Positions 26,142 through 38,740 of a stretch of 64,000 bases of DNA are shown here, in pieces. Origin of the DNA: Mytilus californianus. Its lineage: Eukaryota. The position numbers and the translations under genes were made by a program. The stretch spans positions 558,001 through 622,000 of the forward strand of contig NW_026262730.1 in assembly GCF_021869535.1 (NCBI RefSeq), in the 5' to 3' direction. How positions within the stretch are numbered: position 1 is the stretch's first letter; every line of letters starts with the position of its first letter. The notes under the pieces are model-generated. The model did not search any database. It was not told where the DNA came from and worked only from the letters and a program-made list of their open reading frames with translations.

Positions 26142-27000
26142 TTAATATATTTTTTCCCCTGCTTCAACTTAAAATACATTTATGGGTGTTCTGCTAGATG
26201 TAACGATTAAAATGGTACCTTATCTTTTTAAATTGGTTCAGTAAAAAATATTTTATGAAGGTTAGCAGCTGACGTTGAAACGCAACAAAAAGCGATTTAA
26301 AATTGGGTGTCTTTCGCCTCCTTTTTTCGTAAAATTTAATCACCAAGTTCTTGTGACAAAACTTTGGAAAAAAACATTACAATAATTTCCGGACCAATGT
26401 CTGGAATGGATATGAATATACAGACTGTCATACAGAAAACAGCCATATGAATTTTATTGCACACTAGCTTTCATATTTGAAAAATTCACAGGGGCCAAAA
26501 TGCGAAACTACACACCTAGCTGTGGAGTGCTACCTTAACATGAATTTTTTCCCTGCTTCAACTATAATTAATACATTTTTGTGTGTTCTGCTAGCTGTAA
26601 CGTTTAAAATGATACCTTATTTTTTAAATTGGTTCAGTAATAAATATTTTATGAAGGATAGCAGTTGACGTTGAAACGCGACAAAAAGCGATTTAAAATT
26701 GCGTGTCTTTCGCCTCCTTTTTTCGTAAAATTTAATCACAAACTTCATGTGATAAAAAGTTGGAAAAAAATATAATAATTCCCGGACCAATGTCTGGAAT
26801 GGATATGAATATACGGACTGTCATACAAAAAAAACGCCCATAATACATACATTACACGATCTTGATGTTCCTATGAGCCCACTATGAAGGCTATATTAAG
26901 CTTCAGCTATCCAAAAATGAATTTTATTGCACACTAGCTTTCATATTTACCATAATGCGAAACTACACACCTACCTGTGGGGTGCTTTTACATTTTCCCG
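25905..27000. repeat. Three tandem ~394-bp units, each made of the transposon's right end plus flank
   Basis: Unit marker tgggcgtctttcgcctcc at 25911, 26304 and 26700. The TIR recurs at 26127, ~26520 and, degenerate, ~26975. Confidence 0.85.
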
Positions 27001-28249
27001 GTTTCAGTTGACAAGGCAGGGGAAAGAAGTCAACTTAGGAGCGCTGTGATTGGATGTAAGGGTACAATTTATTTTTTTATTTAGCTATGAATAACTGCAG
27101 TGTATATATTAATAATATAAATTTTGAAACACATTGAAATATTTTCTTGAGAATTATTCGAAAAGTCTTCCAAATTTTCATAAATTTGATGTAAAATGAC
27201 GATGAGCATGGATACCATAAACAAGCTCCGTTTGAAGATGGTCATGATACTATTTGACTATTTCTAAAACAGAGTTTGTATTATAAAAAATGGTAAATTT
27301 AGAAAATGTTAGTATTGTCGCCTATGGCAGAATAAATACTACCGTTTTCCCTTAATAGTTAAACAGTAAAGGCAAACTACGGACACTGTACCGGTAAAAT
27401 TATCCGGTAACAGCCTTGACTTGGCTATGTAAATATTGTTATCCCTAAACACACAAGGATTTTGCCGATAAAACCTACTAGTATATCGTGGTCGTGGTTT
27501 GGCAATAAAGGGAGAACAGATATGAAATGAGAGTTCCAACGGATTTACACGTTAATGAACCATTGCAACAACTTTCTAAAGGGTCTGTAGGTTACAAGGC
27601 AATATTTCTGCCTCGATCCTACTTCCCCTCGAGCTTGTTTTCAAGAGATAGTTTGAATGTTTTCCCTTTATTCCTGATGATCCACTTTCCGCACCTACCA
27701 CGGGAGGATGCATGCTTCTTGAGTAAAACAAAACATCCAAAATTTAAAAGATAACCCCAAATTCTTGATTTGCATCTGCCTATCTATTTGATTAACTTTA
27801 ATTTGTTCGAGCTTAGACAGGAGAATGAAAAGCACGCAAAAAGAAAACGTTTATAGGCTCTCTTTGTCCCTTTGGGTTTTTTCCTGAGCTTAGCTTGTAC
27901 AATAGAAGGAGACGTGTTTCTGGAAAGAACAATACACAATTTATCTCGTTCGCTATTTGTTGGAAAGCCACTTTCCTAAGTGCAATTATATTGGTAGATA
28001 ACTAGTACGTTGAGATTGTTTTCAGTATCTAACACGAACGGTACCAATTTTACTGAACATGATGTGCATTTTGACAAGAAATGTCTCTTTAATCGAGATG
28101 CGATGCCAAAATATATGAAATCTAATCCTAGTACAAATACTCTTTAACATAGAATATTTGGGTTTTATTTTAAAAATCAGTGGAAAATAATTTACATTTT
28201 TTCATGGTCATATGCTCTCGAGATCATTGCAAGAAACCCTATCATATGC

Positions 28250-28860
28250 CAATGTTAAGTTATAACAAAGGTCAAAATATAGAACGTCACATATACGTTT
28301 GACATTAACCTAAACTTTAAGATTACTGGTCATGGATCTTAAATCAATAGACCCTAGATCTCTTTTATTAATGGTTTATGAGGTATATAGCCTATCAGCT
28401 AATTTCAAATATCTATTGTGAGATACTCCAATATGTGTAAAGTCAATTAAAATGCAAAATTCAGAATGTGACCTTGAACACTGACCTTGACCTAAATTTC
28501 TTTTAATGAACCAAGGACCTCAAATAAAAAGACCCTAGGTCTATCCTATTTAGGGTTTAGGAGTTACAATTCTTTCTAAATATTTACGGGGAGACAACTC
28601 CTTTAAAAAGTCAACAATGTATTTCGACCCAAATATATTGAAGTTACAACATGTCGCAACCAACAATTTGATAAACATCTTTTGTCGATAACTCTTACGG
28701 TTTCTGATGGTTAGGGAAACTTCAAAACTTAGAATGTGACCTTGAACTTTGACATTGACCTCACATTCCTTTTGATGTACCAAGGACCTCAGTTTCAAAG
28801 ACCCTAGCTCTTTATCACATACTGTTCATGAGTTACACTCATATGTCCATAATGTCAATT
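28250..28860. repeat. Degenerate element with internal repeats (gtgaccttgaac...ggacctc...aaagaccctag), probably Helentron-associated non-autonomous type
   Basis: The motif block recurs at ~28340-28370, 28467-28545 and 28735-28810. Termini not resolved. Confidence 0.4.
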
Positions 28861-29922
28861 AAAAAAAGGAAATTAGTCTCATAATAAGTCTCAAGACCGC
28901 TTCAGTTTAAATTGGGCAGAACATCCTTGAGATATAACGAGCAATTTGAAAGAAAAACGAATTTCCCCACTGATTATAAACGAGTGCGAGGGAATTGCGT
29001 TAACAAGAAAAACTGTGAATGGAGAGATAACTCTCACAAGAACAAATATACTGTTATACAGATCAACTGTAAAAGCGTTTTCACTGTTCGATATCATGTG
29101 CCAATAATTTATAAGTTTTTGAGAATAAATTCCACGGAAAAGTGGAAAGACTTTAAACAAAATCAAAAGGTTTTACCACAGCAAGGTGGAAAGACCTTAT
29201 TATTGAACACAAATTACATGAACATGCGATTGAATATTTTTATTTTGTATTTATCAGGTTTATCAAGGCTTCATTTTATTGTACTTTGATCTAATAGGCG
29301 ACCAGTTTGTAAAAAGTAAATTATAGAATGGTCTCTCGAATTATTTTCATTCTCAAGTTTTCAATTAGGTTCTATTGTATTTAGTGTTTAACAAAATGAC
29401 ACTTAACATGCTTAAGGGAAAACTGTTATATATTAAATTCAGGATTCAATAATTGTCACAATTGTATTAAGTCGTTCCACCTATCCGTTGAAACCCTAAT
29501 GATTTTGTTCTGACTAAATTTTGTTTCTTCCTTCTGTCACTTTTGTTCCTGGCATGTAACTCTTGTTTCACAACATGTCGATAAGATACTAATATTTGGT
29601 ATGTAATATCGAACAGTTATTTCACTTTTGAAACTCATCCACTTTTAACCAAACCCTTTCCCTCTTGGGGGTTATCTACCCGTATACTGTTTTTCTTGTT
29701 TTCGCTTCTACTCGTAAAAGATATCGCTTCCTTTTTATTCTTCAAAATGTTCGTTACTTCCTAAAGATGATCTGTTCAGTTTTGACAGAAGCGATCCGGC
29801 TACATGTAATAAGAGTTAACACATGACATAGGCAAAATCTCTTTGTTCTTACTGTGCTATAATCTGGGTAATGCACAGCTAAGTAGTGTATTAACTGCCT
29901 CAGATATATGTACTCTTACCTA

Positions 29923-30080
29923 TAGTGGCGGATGTAGGACTTTTCAAAAGGTGCGTAATTCCATAAAATGAAAGAATATTGCCCAGTTTGACCATTTTAT
30001 GCTTAAAAATGATATAATGTCCAATCAATCGGGGGGGGGGGGGTGCGTACGCCCTCTTCGCTCCCATGAATTCGCAACTG
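29923..30080. mobile_element. Degenerate MITE (AGTGGCGGAT-type TIR)
   Basis: tagtggcggat ... attcgcaactg with an internal poly-G run. Resembles the MITE at 33681. Confidence 0.5.
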
Positions 30081-31013
30081 GTCTAACTCTTGCAATTACG
30101 ACATCAATTAACAACTTCGTACAAACTTTGTTGTTTCAAAATAGGAAATTAGGAAATAGAAAGTGTTTCTCGTTCCTTAAACTGGGAACATTTTATGATA
30201 TTTTGTGAACAATGTAAAGTTTAAATCAGTGTTTGAAAGTCAAACAAGGTAATAATTTTTTTTTTTTTTTTTTTTTTGTAATTTCTTCCAAAAAAATATA
30301 TATAATTTAGAATATCCAAAAAATTGAAATCTGATCTGGATTAGTTTTGTGCTCAATGGAATTTATTACTCCTGGCTTTTTAAATATTTATTCTTTTAAG
30401 TGATTTTTTGGGGATTGAATTTAATGAGGTTATAAAATTCCTATTTAAGTATGTGCCAAATCAGGAAAAGATATAAGTTGTAGATCAATCAGACTTTGTT
30501 TAGATGCGACATGTCTTCAAAATCAATACAGTTGAAAAACTGCGGGGATTTGGTGGTAGTGAGGAGGGAAGGGAGGATGCGGGGATTGCGGATAAAAGTT
30601 GATAAGTGAAATATGATTCTGTCATTATATATATAATACATAGATTATGTTCATGATGGGGTTCATGTTTTGTGTAGTGTTTTGTTATTGTAGTTTGTCT
30701 TTTCTACGAGTTGTTTTGCCATTGTGTTGTCCATTTTTATTTGACTAATAATTGCTGGTCATCCTTTGGGTATCTTCACTTCACTCTCTTTTGAGGGCTG
30801 ATATCCTACCAGTCACCCCTACCATAAGTATACCAAAAGCATGATTTGTCTTAAAAAACGCTTTACCAACTGAACTTGTACACACCAATAATGCAACTAA
30901 ATAAGGGCGATTATAAATCTACTAGGTCAACATGGTCAAGGGAAACATTACTATCTATGATAAGATTCCTCTTATACATGTTTTAGCCTGTTACACAATA
31001 AAAATGTACTTAC

Positions 31014-31068
31014 CGTAAAACAAAACAACAAAATATATAATCAAACTTTGATAAATCACAACATTCAT
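31014..31068 (-). CDS. Exon 1: signal peptide MNVVIYQSLIIYFVVLFY
   Basis: ATG at 31068-31066, 18 mostly hydrophobic codons plus G, then a consensus GTAAGT donor. Splices in frame to exon 2, giving ...VLFY-E-IHAANVY, a plausible cleavage site. Confidence 0.75.
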
Positions 31069-31104
31069 GTTTGATGATAGTTTTCAATGCAAGTTAAATG
31101 AAGT

Positions 31105-31147
31105 CGTCTGATGAGGAGATGTCAACTATAGTCACAGTGTATTTATT
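31105..31147 (-). promoter_or_regulatory. Possible TATA-like/Inr core promoter of the Ig gene
   Basis: Minus-strand TAAATA (~31140-31145) lies ~30 nt upstream of a TCAG Inr-like motif (31111-31108), 40 nt before the ATG. Spacing argument only. Confidence 0.2.
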
Positions 31148-32056
31148 TCATTCTTTTCCATCCACAAAACATCAAACATGTAATATTATAGTTAAAAGGC
31201 TTCACTTTAAAACTTTTAAACTTCTAAATGTCATTATCTAGAAAACGTTAAACGTGTCCTCATTCATATCCAATACGTTGAGATAATACCTTTTACCTTG
31301 CTTTTTTATGATATAACTTTATCTAGAACAATCAAATTGTATTGTAACGGGTTATTCATGTTATTTATGACTATTTACATAGAAGGGTTATCATTTATCA
31401 ACCTACAAAACCATTGATAAGGGATACATGACAGAAAAATAGACGCAATTAAAATTTCATTCCAAATCCATAACAATAAAATATCTTCTGAAAGTGTTAC
31501 TGCATCTGGGAAATTTGAGATAATGACACTCATGACACTATTACAGTTTTATCAAAACTAATTGCCCTTTTTAGAAGAAGTGAAAAGATAAAATCATTAT
31601 TTATCCATTATATGTAAATCAGATGTAGTCGTCTCATACCTTCGGGGTTAACGCCACTCAGATATGAGAAGACTACATCTAATACGTAATGCATGTATAC
31701 CTTTTGAATACTTTTCGATGTCTGTGTGTTAGAAAACATCTTCTTTGATATCACATAAGAGAGTCCTTTTTGAATGCGTCTGTTATGATATTAAGACATA
31801 GTTCATAACTTATGTAACACAGTGCATTCAAATATTTAGATTGTTTAACCTGTATCAATCTAGTCCGCGCTATCCACATATCATTAGAAGTTACGGTTTG
31901 TTCCAGTAAAACTATTTTACCGAAGATGTTGCCTTTGGAAATAGAAAATTCCTGACAATCTACAAGTTCTTATTTTGATATTTATTGTAAAGTTATATAA
32001 AGAATTGTAATGGTAATGTCTTTAAAAAATAAAAACAACACGTCAAATAATTTCAT

Positions 32057-32098
32057 GCGTCCGAAACGCTTTTCTGGAATTACCTTCATCAGGAACGC
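32057..32098 (-). ncRNA. Minimal type I hammerhead ribozyme motif in a Penelope-type repeat (~32040-32220)
   Basis: GCGTTC-CTGATGA-AGGTAATTCCA-GAAA-AGCGTTT-C-GGACGC. Stem I has 6 bp, the catalytic core is intact, stem III is 2 bp with a near-palindromic loop, and the cleavage triplet is UUC. Confidence 0.7.
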
Positions 32099-33680
32099 TC
32101 AAAGCCGAATAATTGCAAGCCGAGGATGTATAAGAACCGAAACAGTTGAAGAGCTATATGACCAAAAAAATACATAAACAATAGCCAAATCCATCTTAGG
32201 TCAACTTTGTCTGATGGAGTTTAAAGGTTATGATGCGAGTTTGAGGTTCATTCTTGTTGTGGCATAAGGACATAGAAATTTGCTTTTAAATGTCAGGTTT
32301 TTTTTTCTTAATAGAGAAATAAGAACCTTGATGCCTCCACCACCTTGATCTGGTTTGGCCAGTAGCTTTTGGTACACTATTCTGATCTAAATAATGATAA
32401 GATCGAAATGACCCCTACATCGGTAACAATCTAATGCCATATGAGTGTAACTAAATTACAAGGTATAAACATTCCAGCCGGAAGCTGAAGGAGACGATTT
32501 ATAGCAGAATGATAATAGTTCCTGTATGTGTCGTAAGAATTCTTTCTTTTGAGTGGCTGACAGCAATATTAATCGATAGAAATTCCAAAAAACAAATATT
32601 GTTCCCAAATAATTCAATTCTCAGTACAATAAAACCTTCAGAATGCTTGTTTTTAAAGTTTTGCAAATCTGCTTAAATTAAAATTTCGGGTACGCAAATG
32701 AGACAGTTACCTAACAACACAAATAACCGATTTATTTAATAATCAACGCACAGTCGTCAATAATAGAAAGGTAGCTGTACGATATGTTGAGCTCTGAATA
32801 TCGCTAGACTAAAACTGTTGTGAATTCTATGAAACTTCTGCCATAAACACCAAACTCTTCAAATATACAAACATTAAAATTTGATAAAAGTCCACCACTG
32901 ACGAAGCTCATGACTTTCTGTAATGCATTTAAATTGATGTAACTTAAAGGCACAAAGAGTACATAGCAGATGTTTATAAGTAAAAGCAGGTCCCCTTCCA
33001 CTTAAATGACTTTCAGTAGGACAACAGGAAGCGCCTGAGTATTGATTTCGGTGCTCAGTGATACGGTTCACTAGACGACGTTGTCAACACGTAATGGCGG
33101 CCATTGTTTGACGTTAGATTTTTCATGCATTTATGACTTTCTTGGATGCTAAAACTTAATGCCACACAACATAAAAGGTAAAGGCTTATTTCAGATATAC
33201 TCAGTTAATTATTTTCAAATAAGTGGGATCCCAAAAAATGATTTAAACGGCAAAAATAAAGTGTAAAATTATAAAAAACATGAAAATTGAAATCCCATTT
33301 TTCATCATTTCCTTTTCATATATTGAATACACTATTTACACCAACCACTGGTGAATTATATTCGGATTTCGGTCTTAGGTATCCATCCTTGTCTCCGGGA
33401 ATATTATACCCACACAAGTTGTCAACATCCGTTTTCAAACTGTTCAAAGTGTTATTCACAATCTCCCTTGAAAATATTCACGCTATCACTTCGTGCTCAG
33501 ATAATAGAACATTGTAAACCTCTAACAGCAAATACGGACCAAAATTAATCAAATTTGAAAGCACGGATGATCACGTGTACTCCGACTGTAAGTTCTCTAA
33601 AAAGGGGGGTAATTTCTCCCCCAAATACACATGAATTTTGCTGAACGTCTCAAATTCAACTCAAAAGTCCATTATCAAAT

Positions 33681-33843
33681 CAGATGCGGATTTAGGGGGG
33701 CCAGGGGGCCCGCCCCCCCCCCCCCCCTTTTGTGGGAAAAATTTGGTTGATTATATAGGGAATCACTGATGCATGACTGGAGTGGGCCCCCTCTTAGGCA
33801 GGTAGTGGGCTCCCTCTTATTAAAATTTCTGGATCCGCCACTG
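33681..33843. mobile_element. MITE with CAG(T)GGCGGAT-type TIRs
   Basis: cagatgcggatt ... ggatccgccactg, flanked by the direct repeat caaat (33676-33680, 33844-33848). Confidence 0.8.
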
Positions 33844-36800
33844 CAAATCATTAGAATGCAAGACATATTCACTTCAACTGTTGGCTATTTTATAGCTGTT
33901 CTAATATTAAGAGATTCGTCCCGTTTCATATACACCAAAATTTAATATTTAAAAAAACTTTTATTATCATATTAACATATAATACAAAGGGAAATCAATC
34001 ACAAGCACTTGTTTCTGTCAATGGGGGGGTTCACTATCCATACTAGTACGAAAAATTTTATTTTTATGTGGGTGGGTGGGTGGGTGGGTAGGAGGAATTT
34101 AAGGGGACATTATATTCATCTTCTTATTTTGCTATTATGGCTTATTTTTATTTTTTTTAATCTGTACACAATTGTTCTTTACTTTTTATTGGACAGAATA
34201 TTCATGTTCATCCTGTGTCAGCACTCTTGAGCAATGTTTATTTTATGTTCGGTTATTACCATGATTACATGGACATGTACCAGATCTTTCCCATAAAAAA
34301 TTAATTAAGATAGCCATCCTCTAAATCATATCTCTGAAATTATAAAAGAAATTTACACATTGAAATTAACCAATCACCCACCCATTTGAAAAGCTTGTAC
34401 ACACAATCTAATCAGAAATGATAATCCATTAACAATATTACTTTCTCAAACCTCATTAATATTGTCAAATTCAAGGTGTTAATTTAGTGACAATACAGTC
34501 ATGACAGTGGCTCCAGGATTAAATTAAAATAAAACTGGGTTGTGAGTGCCCCCAAAATGTATAAAATTTCAGCTTGCATTGAACAATAGACATGTTATGA
34601 TGTTATGATGTTTATGCAAACTTTTAAATATAAAAATGTTATCAAAAGGTTTGGTATAACATAAATTTGCTCCTTGTTAAACCTAAAAATTATTTTTTAA
34701 GACTTTTGAAATGTTTTCTTTGTCTGAAACTTTTATGTACATGTATTGAGCAAAAATGCTGGGGGCATAATCATCTATAATACTTAATAAATACATGTAC
34801 ATGTATTATCTTGGTAATTTATTTGCCAAATTTGTATTCATGTGTTGATTATAACAATGCAAAGTTTAATTTTGCTTTGAATAATTTAGTATTATAATAT
34901 TATATAAACATTAATAGTAATTGTATGTAAATTTGCTTTATATTTACAGGATGGAAAAAGATGTTCACTATGGATCAAAAATTCAAAACAGAGGACCTTT
35001 TTATTCAAACAAAAATACTTGTACATGTATGATATTCTGTACATACAACAAGTGACCGTTCTCCATTTCTACTCGATAGAAGTGCCTAATTTTTTCATGC
35101 AATATACATTATGTACCAAAGATAATTATATGAAAGTATAAAAAAATCGAGGCGGAGTTTTTTTAGAAACAGCTAATAATTATAGCAGACCAATTGACGT
35201 AATAGAAAAGAAGACGAAAATGGCACCTTCTTCAATTTCGAAAAAAATCTATTATTTTACAATTTATTGACATATTTTGTTATTTTTAAAGGGTTTAATA
35301 TCTATTGATTCACTTTTCCATGAGAATTGAATGAACATTTACTTTAAAAACAGAAACTCTTCCAATTTCTAAATCTACCGACCATGCAAGGAAAAACCTA
35401 TAAAAAATTGCGACCCCTAAATTAAAATGGGAACACATTTTTGCCCTGGCTTGAACACTCATGTTCTTTACGAATTTCGATGGCCAAAACTAGCGAGAAT
35501 ATGATGTAGAAATTTTTAAAAAATCGAAGGATAGGTATTTTTTTGTTCCCATTTTTAATATAGCCATTTTACCCTACAGTGCAGAAAATCAATATCCGAA
35601 ATTCTCTGTTCAGATATAAAAAAATGGGATTTCCTTTTATTTCATTGTTCAAAAATTAAAATAATATGTAAATTCATATATTTTTCTCATATAAATGTGC
35701 TTACAATCTACCGTATTTATCGTCGGAACTTTGCTGTCCCTTCTCAACAGTTGTTAGTAAGTTATTCCATTTCTTCAAAACCTTGTTAAGGATATCAGTG
35801 TTGATAAAATTCGTACTGTTAAAAAATGAAACACACTTTGAAGGTATACGAATATCAAAACATCTTCCATAAAGGTTAAAAAGAAGCATTACAAATTAAA
35901 ATACGAATAAGCAAATAAACTCTACGTTTGATATAGCAATTAGTTTAAGTCGCCCTACCGCTGAAATTTGTATCTTATTGTCAAATAAGTAATAAAGATT
36001 TGAATTAAATTTGATGTGGGTTTTTTTTTTTGTACTCATTTTATTCGGAGTTACCATAGTACTTTGGCCATAATTTGCAAATGATATATAAATTCCATGT
36101 TACGCTTTTTATTTAAGATTCCATAGTCACAGGAAATGTACAATATTTGTTTCTGTTTAATGTTAATTGATTTTTTAGATATACAAACAATGGTGATAAA
36201 TGAAAATAACACTTTGTTAACAAATCTCGATCGTCCGAAGATCTGTTCTGGATTTACCTTCATGAAGGACGCTCAAATCGAAAAAAATGAGAGCCAAGGA
36301 TGTGTAAATACGCAGAAACGTTAGAAGCTTTTATGACCACAAGGGACATAAAAAAAACATAGCTAAATTCATCTTAGGATAAGATATGAAACAAGGTTGC
36401 TACGCCGAAGCGAAATGTCCTCATCGATGTGTAAATAACGATTAAAAATTGTGTACAGTATACAGTTGTACAACAGGAACATATTTTACATATTTATCAA
36501 GTGTATTTCGAACTTATGTATTTGTTGTTTTTATTCTTGTCATTTCAAGGTAAATGTGGTGTCATATTCAACAGACCATACAAGGTCTCATCATTGTGGT
36601 ACCTCAGTTGAGTAAATGGTTTAAGTACCGAAACTCCTGTAAAAATTGTCGAATAACAATATATTCAACTATATATGAAGGCAAACATTCCTATGAGAGC
36701 TTTCTGTCAAATGGTTTCAGAGCGTTGACACTTGTGTACACAAGGTGTCCTTGCGGTAGTGTAGTTCAAAAAAATGAGCAAAGTTACACAGCTCCCGTAC

Positions 36801-37609
36801 CAATGATCAATAGCGAGCAGCGGAGGACAATTATTGTTGAGATTCAGTAATCATAGTGAATCAATGACTTACTCAGCTAGTTTACGTATTTTTTATTTAG
36901 TTATATAATAAAATAGTTCACATTAGGTGACAGTAAATGTTGAATTTTTGTGCATTTTGTTATATCCACACCTAAATCGCCTTTTTCGTCACGAAATATT
37001 ACAAATGTTGATGCTTTCAAATACAAAATAACAGATCATTAATTGAAATCAACAATTGAAAGACATATTGAATATTAATTATTTCATCATGTTAATTTTT
37101 TCATAACATGTTATGCAGTTATCATTATAGTTAACTTTTTATACTAATGTATGCCATGTTTATGTTTGCAATTATGTTTTTAACCATATTTTGTTTATGC
37201 TTTTCTGTGATAAGAGGGCTTCAAGGAAAATTATTTATATAGCTAACTGTGTAAACCTCTTAAAACTAAGTATTGTTGTGTTGTTGTTTAAAACGATTTA
37301 AACAACTTGCTTGTTTTTCTTTTTTTAAAAGATGATAGATGTACGTGTTTATATATTTATACTAATCGTATTGGTTTTGTGTTGTGACCAAGCCTTATGT
37401 TAGTATTTTTTTCATAAATATGAATATGCCAGTTAATGCATTTTCTTATTGTACATGTAGGTCCTCTTTGTTTTTGACTCAATGGCGCAATTTCATAACA
37501 TGTTACTGGACGGGTATTTTATTGAGATTTCTTAACTTTTTTTAATTACAGAATTCCCCTCAGAGATTCGGGAGTAATACTAATAGCTCGTTCCTTAATC
37601 TTCTTATTA

Positions 37610-38120
37610 TTATTGTTAGGTCTTCTACATTTCCGTGGAAAGACCTTTGACTTTGTACTGATTCATTGTTTTTCTGCAACTTTTGTATCTGAGATGTCGC
37701 TTTTGTTTCGCAATATGTCAATAAGAAATTCGGTACTAGTATATGGTTACATTTATTGTGCCTTCGAAACTCGTCCTAGAGACCTAACGTCTTTTAATTT
37801 GAGGCCATTGGGTCATAAGTAGGAAATAAAGCTCAAGGGTCATAGTTAAGATCTAAGTTTTGAACTTTGTTTGTTATCGCAGCTCCTCAGAAACCAGAGA
37901 AGTTATCAACAAAATTTTTTGTGAAATTGTAAGTTACAACTCTACGTAATTACATTTCTTAATTAAACATGTAAGAGACGTTAGATTTTGATTTGAGATC
38001 CTTTATCTTTGACCTTGAGATTGAGGTCAAGGTCAAAAGTTTATTTGACCTCTGCTTTAATGTTATCCATGTACATGATAAAGCCAAAAGATCTGTTGTA
38101 TCAGGTTGGACTACATATGA
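37610..38120 (+). mobile_element. Probable Helentron-associated non-autonomous element (degenerate)
   Basis: 5' hairpin aggtctt...aagacct after an (att)n run, and gaccttga / tcaaggtc core motifs. 3' end not clear. Confidence 0.35.
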
Positions 38121-38335
38121 CCTTGATTAAATCAACCGGGAGTGATGTTGTGTAAACCAAAAGTAGCCTATTTGCACTAATTTAATGTTGAAAGTCCTAG
38201 AAACTATTTATTTTAAGAATCAGTGTGAATCATATGAACTTGAAGTAATGGTTTGTAAACTGAACGTTGCAGATTATCTCCCTTATTCGAATTCAAGCAA
38301 AAATATATAGACACCATATATTTATCGAATCAGTG

Positions 38336-38740
38336 GAATGCAAGCTATCATATGATACCGGAAGTGGCATTTTGAATGCAAGCTATCATATGATACCGAA
38401 AGTGGCATTTTGGAGTCAATTATCTTCTTTATTTTAAAGGGGAATACATCGAAACCATATATTTTGGAGAAAAGTGAATAGCAACCTATCATATGAACTG
38501 GAAGTGACATTTTGTAAACCGAAAGTATCAAATCATTTCCATTATCTTATGCAAAAGTATTGAAACCATATTTTTGGAATAAGTGTAACAGAAGCTATCA
38601 TATGATACCGAAAGTGGCATTATGAAAACCGGGAGTACTATTTCCCTTATTTTAGAGTAAAATACAAAGAAACTATATAATTTTGGAAAAGTAAGCTTTC
38701 AGTTGACACTAAAAGTGTCTTTTTTAAACCGGAAGTATCT
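38336..38740. repeat. 38-bp tandem unit plus dispersed degenerate copies (tatcatatgata-ccggaagtggc)
   Basis: Two near-exact units at 38336 and 38374, with further copies at ~38481, 38591 and 38725. Confidence 0.8.

Larger units (their letters stand above)
484..31068 (-). pseudogene. Six-exon immunoglobulin-superfamily gene (signal peptide, V, C2, C2, stalk, GPI-signal-like tail) with three in-frame stops
   Basis: Exons 31014-31068, 21229-21597, 9506-10078, 7370-7654, 1594-1677 and 484-554 (55+369+573+285+84+71 = 1437 nt = 479 codons). All introns are GT-AG and phase 1. Junction codons give E, V, Y, A, N. Internal stops at 21398-21400, 9927-9929 and 541-543. Confidence 0.85.

Noticed and set aside
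31108-31114. CTGATGA as another hammerhead core (also ~27675, ~40813, ~51252)
   Set aside because: No downstream GAAA with compatible stems.
34950-35010. Exon-like segment after tttacag (DGKRCSLWIKNSK...)
   Set aside because: No clear donor and no linked exons or homology I can recognise.
38336-38411. CRISPR-like direct repeats
   Set aside because: The units are contiguous without unique spacers, the context is eukaryotic, and there are no cas genes.
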